Below the pieces are notes generated by a model. That model searched no databases. It saw nothing but the letters and a program-made list of their open reading frames with translations, and was not told the DNA's origin. A DNA stretch of 60,045 nt, counting the filler, from Sphacelaria rigidula (taxonomy: Eukaryota): the NCBI GenBank assembly GCA_964200075.2. It is 10 parts of 10 records of this genome, joined end to end, with 100 filler letters (N's around TTAATTAATTAA, not from the genome) between each part and the next. Parts side by side here need not be neighbours in the genome. Positions count along the whole stretch, not along the records: positions 48,118 to 54,031 come from CAXNAA020023526.1; positions 54,132 to 60,045 come from CAXNAA020023527.1; 8 more parts are not named here. One strand, 5' to 3'. The translations under genes were made by a program, and so were the position numbers. Below, in pieces: positions 48,862 to 60,045 of this stretch. How positions within the stretch are numbered: the stretch's first letter is position 1; each line of letters starts with the position of its first letter.

Positions 48862-49191
48862 TTTATTTTTTCATCACAACAATTACTTTCATATCCCTCC
48901 CTTTTCTCGCCACGGATTTACAGTCTCGAGGGGATTAAACCCGCCCATATCTCCCCCGATAGCTACCTACATGCCTTGCATCTCACCATCGAAGACTGGA
49001 TCTGCTCGCCTGGACTCCGTCATCTCTCGTCGTTTTTTTTTCCTCTGTCACTCGCATCCCCCACACTTTTCAACGGCGAGAACTAAGCTTACGCTCGAAA
49101 GATACAGATGCCGTATCTGCGCGGATTGGAACTCGCCAACCTTTCCCCCGAGTGGGCTACCGATGTGCCGGTCGTTGGACCACCGGGGCGC
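48862..49191 (-). mobile_element. SINE related to family B (divergent subfamily)
   Basis: Minus-strand head GCGCCCCGGTGGTCCAACG, B-box-like GAGTTCCAATCC, and a 3' block (plus-strand GTCTCGAGGGGATTAAACCC) matching the family-B GTCTCAAGGGATCAACC. Confidence 0.7.
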
Positions 49192-49227
49192 CACCGAAAT
49201 GGAAATCTCAACCCGTAGACCGCTGGG

Positions 49228-49228
49228 G

Positions 49229-49281
<53 letters not shown>
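49228..49281. repeat. (GTT)18 microsatellite
   Basis: Perfect 54-nt run. Confidence 0.99.
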
Positions 49282-49282
<1 letters not shown>

Positions 49283-50428
49283 CCTTTGCATTAAAAAAAC
49301 GTTCCGATATCTGCGCAGTACTCTGTATTGGGCATCTGATGCGGACGCCTTCCGTGGTCACAGGCTAATTATCCCAAAATAGGGTGTAAGGAAATAAGAA
49401 AACACCCAAAAATAATCCACACGGACGAGATACAAGAGCTATCAAAGAGTGGACAAATGACTGGGTAGTTCATCTGCATCATGCATACTTTTTTCAAGTG
49501 ACATTGATGCCAATCCAACAGATGACCAATGATAAACGCCCAACGGTTGAGAACGTGGTCGAGGTTGATTGAATCCCCTGACGTTGCTGCCTATGTGCTG
49601 ATTCACAGCTCTACCATGTACAATTTCATTTTCCGCAAATATGTCTCTTCTTTTTTCTTAGTCGATTCTGTTTGTATGCTCTATTCTTTTCTTCTTCACT
49701 CCAATTACTACTGATGGACCCCCCTGGCGGGTTCAGGTGCAATGCATCGATCAATCAAATCAAATAACATATCATCTCAATCAATTAACGAAGTCGGATA
49801 TGGCTTGTACGTACATGTAAATGTTTGTATGTCAAAGGCGGAATACCTGAAGGTGTGCGATGCAACGTAGTCGGTTGCTCTCAGCGTAGTCGGGTATCAG
49901 GACCCGATACGGGTATGCTTCTCAATCGTTAGCCCACAGCGGTCCATGGGCGTCTCTCAATATCAGACATGGCTTCCTCGTGCCGAGGTTTGAGATCATC
50001 GATGCAGAGGGTGAGGTGTTTTTCTAATTGATCGGTATATATATATATATATATAAATATATTGGTAGCGCGCAGCTATCTTACTGATGTATGTAGACTA
50101 TCATGTCCGGCCAGGTTTGACGCCTGGTGTGCATCCTAAGGAGAGCTATCTCTTTTCTGTGGGCTCGAGGGGGGGAGCCATCAAGGGTGTTTTTGTCGTG
50201 CCATCAAGGGACAAAAGCCTGTTTGATGCTATGGGTTGGCAGTAGGGGGAAGAAAATTGTGCGACCCTGCGGCGTCGGGCGCGCCAATTTTCAGGCGTTT
50301 TTGGTGCGCAGCATCGGAGTATATCTTGGCGGCCGATGGCTTGCTACCTCAATCAGTTTCAGGGGCGGCCGAGTGAACAGAGACGTGGGACTGATGATTC
50401 GGCGGGATTGACGGGCTAACTACCTCCG

Positions 50429-50758
50429 TTTTTTTTTTTCTCTTCTGTCACACTTTGAACCCATCGCCTTCCTCGGGATGGTTCCGTAGTCTCAAGTGAT
50501 CAAGTCCATTTCTCCCGGTTCACACCTCTGCATCTTGATCTCGCGGATTGGGTCAGCACTCCCGCACCGCGTCAACAATTCTCGTCTGACAAACTCAGTT
50601 CACGTCTCCGTGTCTACTCAAGTCTGTGTACCAGCTTTCGATGGTGGAAAATCAGATATTTTTTCGAAGAAAAATTCCGACGCATCTGGACTCAAACCTA
50701 CCTTCTCTTCACTGCAGTGGTGACTGTCGGACAATTCTAATGTATACCACCGGGGCGC
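50429..50758 (-). mobile_element. SINE family B, full length
   Basis: Minus strand GCGCCCCGGTGG..TCCGACAGTCACC..GGTTTGAGTCC..GTTGACGCGGTGCGGGAGTGCTGACCCAATCCGCGAGA..GGTTCAAAGTGTGACA followed by poly-A. Confidence 0.88.
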
Positions 50759-50893
50759 ATCGGCATCAATACATCGTATATACAATGCAGTATGGATATA
50801 TCAAGCACTGGATAGCAAAATCTGACCGCAAACGATATCCGAAATTTCTATATCGACTATCGCGCCGTTGTAAACACCGATGTGCGCGAATTA

Positions 50894-51294
50894 TGTTGTG
50901 TGTGTGTGTTGCCGTCCCATCTCCTCTGGATGCCAGTCTACACCTTTCAGTATATGTGGGCGCATCAGTCGGGGTTACACAGGAGGAGGGCCAAGACAGG
51001 AGTCATTTCCTATTTTTTTTTCACTTTTTTGTTTGTTTCTAGTACTCCACCTCCCTTCTGCGGTGTTTACCCTTTTTTTTTTAATTGCGAGAGGATTTCA
51101 GCAGGTCGTTTCCCTCGTCGACCGTGAAGTCATTTTTTTTTTTGTGTGTGTACCCGCGATACAGTCGGTCTTCACTACTGGGCATGGTGTCAGAAAAATA
51201 TCCTAGATCGTGTGACTTCACCGAGATTCGAACCCAGGACCCAACCAACCGCCAGAGGGATTCGAGGTTACCAACTGAGCCACCGGGGCGACCG
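50894..51294 (-). mobile_element. SINE family A, full length
   Basis: Minus-strand head CGGTCGCCCCGGTGGCTCAGTTGGTAAC (A box) and GGGTTCGAATCTC (B box), (CA)n tail. Confidence 0.92.
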
Positions 51295-51636
51295 CTCTAC
51301 TGTTTTGCACTAAAAAAATAGTTGAGTACGTACCATCAACTATATGTCCCAGGCATGAGTCTAGATAGAAAAAGTACGTGCTCATACGTCTCTCGTATCA
51401 AACTCACCTTCTTGAAAGACTGTCTGTCAGCCCATAGTGAGAAATGAAGGCACGGTGACGCAAAATGGAGTATGCGTTACGCTCAAACGCTTTCCCCATC
51501 CAAGGGCTCCTCCGATCATTGAGGGGATTTTTTTTTTTCTTTCCTTGATGGAAGTAGGAAATCCAACCCAAAAATTTCCCCGCAAGCGATTGCCGGCAAT
51601 CGCTTTCGAGTTCGTGTGCCGATTACTCTGAGGCTT

Positions 51637-51780
51637 GGCTAGACCACTTCCCGCCAGTCATGTGGAGAAGGCGCCTCGAGGGGTGTGGCTCAAGGCAGTG
51701 TGGGGGATGCTCCCACTTAAACCCCCTATCAAGTTGGGGGCAGTACACTTGCCGCCCTGCTCTCAAGAGCTTGGGCCCTC
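51637..51780 (+). repeat. Unclassified repeat family C, copy 2
   Basis: GGCTAGACCAC..GTCAT..AGGCGCCTCGAG..GCAGTACACTTGCCGCCCTGCTCT..GAGCT..GGCCCT. Confidence 0.8.
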
Positions 51781-52421
51781 GTGGGGGGAGGGAAGCCTTA
51801 GACGCACGCCCATCCGGAAAGGGGCGGCGATTATTGTTTTTCCTGATCGGCGGCCTGCTTTGTTTCACCGCCTATCGCTCTCTTGCGCGTTGGTAAAGAG
51901 GAAATTCGCCCTCTTCTTGTATATAAGTCAGGATATCTAACCTTTCGTTTTTTGTACTTTCATGATATTTATTTTTATTTAGTGTCGGAGAACATTGTCG
52001 GGTTTCGATCAGTTAGTATCACCTCCGTGGTTTCTTGTTCGGGAATCGGTTCGATTTCATGGTATCCTTTACTCCTGTACGAGTGTTCTACTGTCTGTTT
52101 TCTGCAACTTTTACATTATTCGTGTTTCAGATTGGCAGCACGCCCCAGGGGCATCACGAACAAAAATGGCCAACAGCTTTACGACACACACACAAACACC
52201 CTCCACTACAAATTCAACAAAGAGTGTCCTGGGTAGGGTGTTCCCCACGTATGGGTAGTTTGAAAAATTGTACTCTAAGCACCCCAAAAAAGTTCGGTAG
52301 AGTATTGAGATCGTTATCAATAATGCTCAGACATTCGGTAAAAGAATGCGACGATACCCAACTTCGCCCAATTTCTGGGGAGAGAATCTTGTGTGGACTG
52401 TTTTCTGCTGTGTAGGCCGCC

Positions 52422-52738
52422 GCGCCCCGGTGGTGTAATGGACCGACTGTCGCCGTTAGGGTGGAGAGAACGAGGATTTGTTGATTCCCGATGATGCGTT
52501 GGGTTTTTTCTTCGTCGTATCTAATTTCCACGGTGGAAAGCGTGAGAACGTGAGTAAACAAAGTAGTCGGATGAGTTTGTTTGAAGTGAGATGACACCGT
52601 GCGGGAGTGCTGATGGTCATCATCCAATCCGCGAGACCAAAATGCAATGCTTGCACCGGGGGATAGACGGAATGGTTGATCCCTTGAGACCACGGACTCG
52701 TCCCGAGCAAGGGCAGGGGTTCAAAGTGCGACAAATAA
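52422..52738 (+). mobile_element. SINE family B, full length
   Basis: GCGCCCCGGTGGTGTAATGG A box. Colinear with 26197-26516. Confidence 0.9.
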
Positions 52739-53454
52739 TCTTACGCAAGGAAAAAAACCGCTAGAGCCTCCTGCGTATCCCTGCCTCCACGCGATATTGG
52801 CTAACGCGTAACGATGAGACTTTGGGAAGAGGATACAGCAGTCTCGAAAATTGACGGTTTTTAATGACGCACGAGTTCTCATCGAAACCTCCGGTGCGGC
52901 AGGCAGCGTTAAGCCAGAGGGGCTTGTGAGGAGGTGACTGACTCGCCTAGCACAACCAGAATTATCCCCATCGTTTCCATTCTCAAAGCACGCCATGAGG
53001 CAAAGCTGGGTTATGCCGCATAGTAGAAAACATATTTGATTCCGAGTTCGAGAAGAATCGATGCTTTCTTGCTGGAGCGGGTAGAATTTCACCAGATGTT
53101 TATGGTAGGTGAAGATTCTACGAGTCATTCCAAAACGATTTGACCTGAGCGGTTGCCTCTGGGATGAGTCAGGTGGGATGGTTCAGGGTGGTGGAACCTG
53201 CAAGGTACAAGGGGAAGCACTAGTGGTGTGTGGATTAAGTTCGAGGTTTGTGAGATCCGGGAGACGAGTGTCGCGATTATCAGCGGGTGAAAGTATCTCG
53301 GGTCATTGTTGTGAGAGTGTTTTACTTAATACAATTTTGTTTTGTTCTGAGATGCCGAAAATCAGGAGTTTTCAGAACTGGACGTTGGGATCCTCCTTCA
53401 GGGGATTCCGCCGCACCAAATTGACGAGGCCAACGGCGTGAATTGCCTGGTATA

Positions 53455-53820
53455 TGTGTGCGTGTGTTGTGTTGTCGCCCCATCTATTCTGGACGCCGGT
53501 CTACACCTTTCGGGATGTTCGGGCGCACCAGCCGGGGTCACACACGAGGAAGGTCAACAGATTATTTGTTTTTTGTTTCGTTTCTAGTATCACACCTTCC
53601 TTCTGCGGTGCTTGCCTTTGATTGTGTTTTGCGCGAGAGGGATTCAGTTGTCCCTTTCCCTCGTCGACCGTTAAGTCGAATGCTGTGTGCCCAAGACATG
53701 GTCGCTCTCCACTGTCGGAAACGGTGTGAGAAAAAATATCACATCGCTCCGAGATTCGAACCCACGACCCAACCGTCAGAAGGTTTCGAGGCTACCAACT
53801 GAGCCACCTGGGCGACCGGC
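53455..53820 (-). mobile_element. SINE family A, full length
   Basis: Minus-strand head GCCGGTCGCCCAGGTGGCTCAGTTGGTAGC..GTGGGTTCGAATCTCGG with intact A and B boxes. Confidence 0.92.
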
Positions 53821-53920
53821 ATGTTGTAGGTTTTGGTAATAGCTGTTCACGTCCGCAATATCCGTGTGCCTGGTCACATGATGGACGTTCCCAAGGTAAA
53901 AAACAAAACTGACTCCAATA

Positions 53921-54031
53921 GCCGGTCGCCCCGGTGGCTCAGTTGGTAACATCGTAACCTTCTGATGGATGAGTAAGGGGGTTCGATTCCCGGAGCGATC
54001 TGGAATCTTTCCTCACACCATGCCCAACAGT
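53921..54031 (+). mobile_element. SINE family A 5' end (tRNA-like head), cut by the fragment end
   Basis: GCCGGTCGCCCCGGTGGCTCAGTTGGTAAC..GGGTTCGATTCCC then TCACACCATGCCCAACAGT, as in other family A copies. Confidence 0.9.
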
Positions 54032-54131
54032 NNNNNNNNNNNNNNNNNNNNNNNNNNNNNNNNNNNNNNNNNNNNTTAATTAATTAANNNNNNNNNNNNN
54101 NNNNNNNNNNNNNNNNNNNNNNNNNNNNNNN
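54032..54131. other. Artificial fragment-joining spacer
   Basis: N44-TTAATTAATTAA-N44. Confidence 0.99.
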
Positions 54132-54205
54132 GATACGAAGATTTTAATCCTCCGGGTTCTCATCCTCAATGAAAATCTCCATCCTCAACATAGATGATCC
54201 GCTGT
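54132..54205 (-). repeat. End of an element of the 17331-17945 family
   Basis: GATACGAAGATTTTAATCCTCCGGGTTCTCATCCTCAAT matches 17705-17743 directly and 17893-17945 in reverse. Confidence 0.88.
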
Positions 54206-54582
54206 TATGCATGTTACATCAGTTCAGCAACAACTGATGCTAGCCCATTATAGCATACACCATCGATTGTCTGGAGAAAATTGACACATATTTTTGCTTA
54301 TTATTCCATGGATAATATATCAACTATATTATGTGCTTTATGGAGGGCGTCTTGTACTGATGCGGAGATGTTCACCGTGTTATATCGGTTTTCAGACAGA
54401 GAGTTACAGCCATGTACGGGGCCCGGCCCGGTATAAGGCGGCGCGCAGATTTCAGCCGCCTTATATCGGATCTACCGCCTTATTCACACCGCCTCATATC
54501 GGGCCCCCTACTGTACATTGATATTTTGTTGGTGCAAATAGGGAGCAGTGAGCTTACAATACGTCGTGTATATGCTTTCCCT

Positions 54583-54795
54583 TGGCCTTTCCCCCCCCTG
54601 TGTGCGGGAACTTGCGAATCAAGTATCAATGATGTGTAGGGCCGCAGCTCAGAAGAGTAGGGCGGCACGTGCACTGCGCCAAGTTGACGAGGGTTTCTTG
54701 TAGTGGCTCGAACCCCTACACTCGTCTCGAGCACAGCTCTCCAAAACGCTCTAGGCGCCTACCCTTTATGACCGCCACACGCTGGGTGGTCTAGC
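54583..54795 (-). repeat. Unclassified repeat family C, copy 3 (longest)
   Basis: Minus strand GGCTAGACCAC..GGTCAT..GTAGGCGCCTAGAG..AAACCCTCGTCAACTTGGCGCAGTGCACGTGCCGCCCTACTCT..GAGCTGCGGCCCT. Confidence 0.8.
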
Positions 54796-57700
54796 CGCAC
54801 CTCATTCGGATAATCGGCACACGAACCGTTTCGCGGGGTGAGTGTTGAGAGGGGTTTCCTCCTTCCTTCAAGGGCAAAACAAAATGGGTACGTAATAAGT
54901 AAAATATATTATACATACTGTAAAGAGAAACAACAGCTATTTTCCGGAACGAAAACATCCGAAAATATCCGAAAAAAAACAACAGTTTGCTCCGAAAATC
55001 CAATGAGATTCCATTCATCACCATCCCTTTTAGTTTGTGAATATAGACCGGAAACAACAGTTATATATATATATATATATATGTATATATTCGAAACACA
55101 AATACCAAAAATGAAAACAACTACCGCTCTGAAAACCCAACGTGTTCTCATCATCGCTCCTACCGATGTCTTCTTTTTGCCTAGACAAAAAAAGGCAGAT
55201 AAAAGAAGAAGGAGAGTTCGTTATCACTGCAACATCGATATCGAAGACGGGAAATATACACACGCTGGCCACCTAGGGGAAAAAACCACAAACGACATGT
55301 CGAACAGGCCACCACCCATCACTGTGGTGGTGTCATCCACCACTACTGCACTCCGTGTCATTCTGTCCAACAGGGTCGCCGTGTTTTTCATTCTTTTGAC
55401 CAACTTTCATCGCCAAGACCGACCAGAAAATGCTTCATCAATTCAAACAAAATAGCGACGAAGCAAACAAAACAAATTGCTGATTTACCTTCTTTCTTGG
55501 TTTGCAAAAAAGAACGAAGGAACAAGGCGAAAAGGGCCTTCGATCCACTGAGGGTATAAGAGAAAGGGAAAAACGGAAATCACACTGAGCAACGAGAGTC
55601 TGTCTTTTGTGTACTTTGTGTACTTCGTATACGATACGACACACTTGTACGAGAAAAAAAAGAAGAAAATAACAGCACGAATCAACGGCGAAACAAGCAC
55701 CGTTGACGCGCTCTGGGTAAGTAAGAGTGATATATATGCCCCCCCCCACACGACTCGAACAGAAGTGTGTCGTCTACATGTGACCCAACAACAAGTGTCC
55801 CTTCTCCCGAGAAAGCCGTGGAGGAACAGACCGACGCAGCGATGAATATCGCATGAAATCGGTCAAAACAGACGGTCAACAAAAAAAAAGAAAACCATAA
55901 CAAACTAAATGACGCAAAAACGCGGAGTTGTACGACACAATCCGGCGTTTTTCAAATGAGCTGTTGGTCGAGAGGGCTACCATACTCCCCCCCCCCATTT
56001 TGAACATGACACTACTCTACTGCTACCACTAGACTAGACTAGACTAGAAGGCGAACGCCACGCAGAAACGATCGAGGCGTAATACTACTACTGTAGACGC
56101 CTCCTATCCCCCCCCACCCCCGATAAATAACCAAAACAATCGAATTTAATGTCCGAGAGTTTTTTTCAAGCCAACATATAAAACTTCGATACTGACTACG
56201 CTAAAATACGAAAATGCCGAAAAGACCTCAGTTTCTTGTTTCAATCATTGAAGTCCGCGTGACATCCATATCCCCTATAATAAGTATAATACATGTAAGA
56301 AAGAAACAATCTACAACGGGAAGACCATCATTCACTTACGGAATTACGCCTTTTTATATTCAAGCCCGCGGACACTGTACCCGCCTTCGCTTGCTTATTT
56401 ATTTGTCCTGCTTTGGGTCGACTTCTCATATCGTTCTTCGAACAGGGGAAATAAATAAAATCAAACACACACGTAAGTAGTCTCGTTCAGGTACACAGTC
56501 TGCCACTAAAGGGGGGAAAACGAACAAACGAATTACTGTATAATAACGATAAAAATATATCTTTCATTCAGAACAACGACCGCAAGACTCGTCTTCTTTT
56601 CCCTCCGCATCCTTCTTACACAGTAGAAATGTACATGCATGACACAACCCACGAGATAGTCATCGACACCTGGAAACACATATGCACACATATATATAAA
56701 ATATCAAAATGTCAACGATTGGAAGCGCCTAGTTTAAACACTGATTCCTTATTCCGCTATACGTCCAAACATTCCAACTGTCGAACCAGCATTTTACTGG
56801 TGGATGATACGCAAGCACCGAAATCTCTGCGGCGACAGTATACCCCTATATATAACCCATGAACAATAACATAATGCCACGTTGGGGGTGCCCTTTTCTT
56901 TTTCTGAGGCTCTTTTCTGTAGGAGGCTCTCGCTGATAAATATCTGGGCCTTAGTGTGCAGCTTCAGAAATCCGTTAGACTGGAAAGTGCACCCCTACCG
57001 AGGCCATACTCCCACGTAGAGCGTAAAAGATGACCAGATATCAATACATATTCAGCCAAGTGGAAGTAAATACTCCCCCCCCCCCCCCCACGCTTGCGCA
57101 CCCCCTTCCGGCGACCCGGCATTGATTATTTTGACGGTACTTCACGTTACATTCAGTTCCAGTATAAGCACATAATATATATATATAATAATAAAAGAGA
57201 GAAAATAGAAGTCCATGGTCCTGTCGATAACCGCCATATATATCTCAACATATATGTACGTATGTATATCTATATAGATATACATATCCAACAAAGTCTG
57301 TTCGAGATTCGGAGGGAAATAAAAGGAGGCGTGAAAAGTTTTGTTCACGTTGCACGTTGATGGGCCGTTCGTTTGTTTACAAGTATACATAAACACTTGC
57401 CCTCGAAAAGCACAACGAAGGCTTTGTGCTATCCTTGTACTACTGCACAGCAAATGTGCTTTGCACAGCGTAGCATCCGGGGGAGTTCCCTACGAGGATA
57501 CCAATATCAAAATATGAAATAGCAACAACAGCAACAGCGGCGACAACAACAATGCCAACGCATTGGCACATACGTAGTAGTAGGTATAAGGGAAAAATAC
57601 CCCAACATGAACGACTATGCAAGCCCCTCTTCGGCAGTCGAATTCTTTACACGAAGCTTTTCCCACCCGCGACTGTGGTAAATATTCCTCGAGCGACTTT

Positions 57701-57978
57701 GATAAGTGTTGCTTTCGTCCTTTAGACGGAAAAAGCGAACGGCATACACACACAAACACCAACACAAGAAAGAAAGACAAAATGAAAGCGCGAGCTACGT
57801 TGATTGACCACAGACTCACATGTCAAAGACCTTGACCGCACCGTCATACCCACCCGAAAGGAGGTTTGCGAACGTGAAACTCAAATAGCGAAATATTTCA
57901 CGCTTCTCAAAACAGCCCACTCCCACCCACCCCCCTCCCGGACCACAGCTCTTTGGAGCTCTCCCTGTATCATGGAAC

Positions 57979-58723
57979 TCAGAAGTAAGGGTCGTCGTAC
58001 GTCATGGTCCCCGTCGCAGTGTGCACCCACACACGCCTGCCCATGCCATCGTACCACTCCTCGTAAGCGGGCCGCGGCCAGAAGAATACTCCAGGCTGTG
58101 TGTGGTGCAGGTTTGTAGACTGACCGTAATGAGCCTTCCCACCGGTGGGACCCGGCTGGGGCAACCCGGGCGGGTACTGGTGGTACAATGCAGGCGGAAC
58201 ACCCGGCGCACCTCCATTCGGTACCGGCTTTTGATAGAGCTGGGGCCGCGACGTAACCTTCTTCGCCCCCGGCGCCGGCGCCGCAGCTAGCAGCCGTTCC
58301 TGCGGATAGTCCTGCTCGGATTCAGCAAACGCCGCCTCCGCGGCATCATCGTCCGTCTTCGTGGTCGGATACACCGGTTTAGCCTTTTCCTTGGGTGCCT
58401 TGTACGACGACGACGGCGACGCCTTATTTCCCTTCGAAAGCTTGGACGTCGCTGATTCCTTGGCGCCCGGCATCTTCTTGGTGGTCGATTCGCGCGCTTC
58501 CCGCGCCTTGTGGGCAAACGTACCGCCGGCAGTGGGGACGGAGACGACAGCAGGCGCTGCGGGAGTTGGCGCGGCGGCAAACGTTGGTCCCCGAGCCGCG
58601 GCTACGGTTGAGTACGCCTGCATAGTCTGCTCGGCAGCTGGAGCCTCGGAGGAGGGCGAATACATCAGCTGTGTGCTCGGTCCAGCAGCGTATCGTGCTC
58701 CATTGGCCGTGGCGTAGTCCGTC
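57979..58723 (-). CDS. Terminal exon of a protein with an A/P/S-rich linker and a C-terminal WW-like domain
   Basis: Strong acceptor CTTTTCTCCCTACCCCTCAG| and a GC-rich open frame to TGA. C-terminus AYEEWYDGMGRRVWVHTATGTMTYDDP fits WW spacing. Followed by AT-rich 3'UTR-like sequence. Confidence 0.85.
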
Positions 58724-60045
58724 CTGAGGGGTAGGGAGAAAAGCGGCCGGGGGGCGAGGCCAGCATCGCAGGAGGGGGGGCAGAGAAAAATAAAAGCGCG
58801 CAAAGCATGGTGAGCATGGCTTCACCAGGGCTTGTTATCATCCACCTCGGGACAGGGCTCAATGTCGCCGCGAAGGCCACTGAACGGAACGGGACTCTTT
58901 TTCCGGGTTTTGTTTTGGACGACAGGATAAACAGGAAATATTGGGGACCGACGCGACGGGACGGGCCAGGAATTCCCGTCCCATCCCCGTCCTCACGAGA
59001 ACATGTGCGCACAACTCCCCCGAAATAGCGGCGTTGAGACTGTAGTGCAGAACAGGAATGCTTGGGCACGTTGACGAAAAGCTAATCATCCGCTTTTGAC
59101 GTGAAAAAACATGGGACGACTGCAACCTAGTGCGTGGGCTGAGAGAGTATGTCGGACGTACACTGTTCGGGGATCAACCTATTTGGGGATCGATACGTGC
59201 TGGTACAAGAGAGTGTATCCAGCTTGTCCACATTACCAACACCCGTATTTTTGTCTTTGCCCTTGTCCAATAAAACCGAACCAGCCAACCCCCTCCCCCT
59301 TCCCCCCTCCACAAAAACAACGCAATTTCATCTCAACCCTTTTATCAGTCCCGTCCATCAAAAGTAACCCAATAAAAACCGAATCCCTGTGTTGCTTCAT
59401 TCATCTCCGATTACGCTTCTCAGCCCCATGACACACCAGGGGGAGCGCCAGGACCCGCCAGGGGGGTTGCCACCCGCACAGCGACGAAAATCCGTGAAAC
59501 ATTGGAATGATACAACGGAGGAAGAAGTAAAGCACGATGATTGCTGGAGGAAGGATGATACGGACGCCGAGAGGTGTGTGTATCGAAACTTCGGACATTT
59601 TCTTCATCTTGTGTTTTTTCGTTGCTCAAGTCTACTCTTTTGCCTGTTTCACCTTTTTTCAGTACGTATTTTTTTTCACCATTCGTTGGCAAGTCCTTAG
59701 GTTATTTTTTTTTTTGTCTCGGGTACGTCTTGTCATGTGGATTATGACCACGGCTGGATGGATAATGACCCTGCGAGATCAGCTGATGTGCAATAACCCA
59801 TCAATCAATTGATCAAATCAACACCTAGATACATAAATATATTCCGGTGTCGTGTGAGTAAGGTATATGCTGAACAGAGTACATCACCGTCCATTTTTAT
59901 CGGGTAGGTGGAGAGTACCATGGACGTTGACCATGCTACCCCCACTTCTTGGGGGTATGGTAAGCACAAGGGGCCCTACAGACTGGAAAACGGTTTATAC
60001 CCCCCCCCCCCCCCCCCCCCGCGCGCGGGAAGGGTTTAGCCACAA

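Noticed and set aside
53921..53995. Functional tRNA gene
   Set aside because: It has A and B boxes but no closing acceptor stem, and it continues into SINE family A body sequence.

Overview
This is not one contiguous locus. It is ten eukaryotic genomic fragments of about 5.9 kb each (1-5915, 6016-11930, 12031-17945, 18046-23960, 24061-29975, 30076-35989, 36090-42003, 42104-48017, 48118-54031, 54132-60045), joined by artificial 100-nt spacers (N44-TTAATTAATTAA-N44). Repeat families recur across fragments, so they probably come from one genome or close relatives. Short exons, long repeat-filled GT-AG introns and the repeat types suggest a brown alga (inference). Almost all ORFs in the six-frame track are noise. 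Supportable coding sequence: (i) two in-phase exons of RNA polymerase III subunit RPC2 (minus strand, 40773-40856 and 39281-39395); (ii) two exons of a single-pass membrane protein (31745-33079); (iii) a terminal exon ending in an atypical WW domain (57979-58723); (iv) several weaker exon calls; (v) a decayed Ty3/gypsy retrotransposon (gag-PR-RT-RNaseH, 42104-46946) and an older gypsy pol remnant. The rest is mostly two tRNA-derived SINE families (11 copies), several MITE/foldback families, minisatellites and microsatellites. I found no CRISPR array, operon or clearly new multi-gene system. The best leads are a PAM2-like motif at the Gag N-terminus, a WLDD catalytic motif in the same element's RT, a perfect-TIR element carrying a decayed coding fragment, a double-hairpin Tc1/mariner-type MITE, a palindromic MITE expanding into tandem arrays, a head-to-head SINE pair, and a G-U-biased pre-miRNA-like hairpin.
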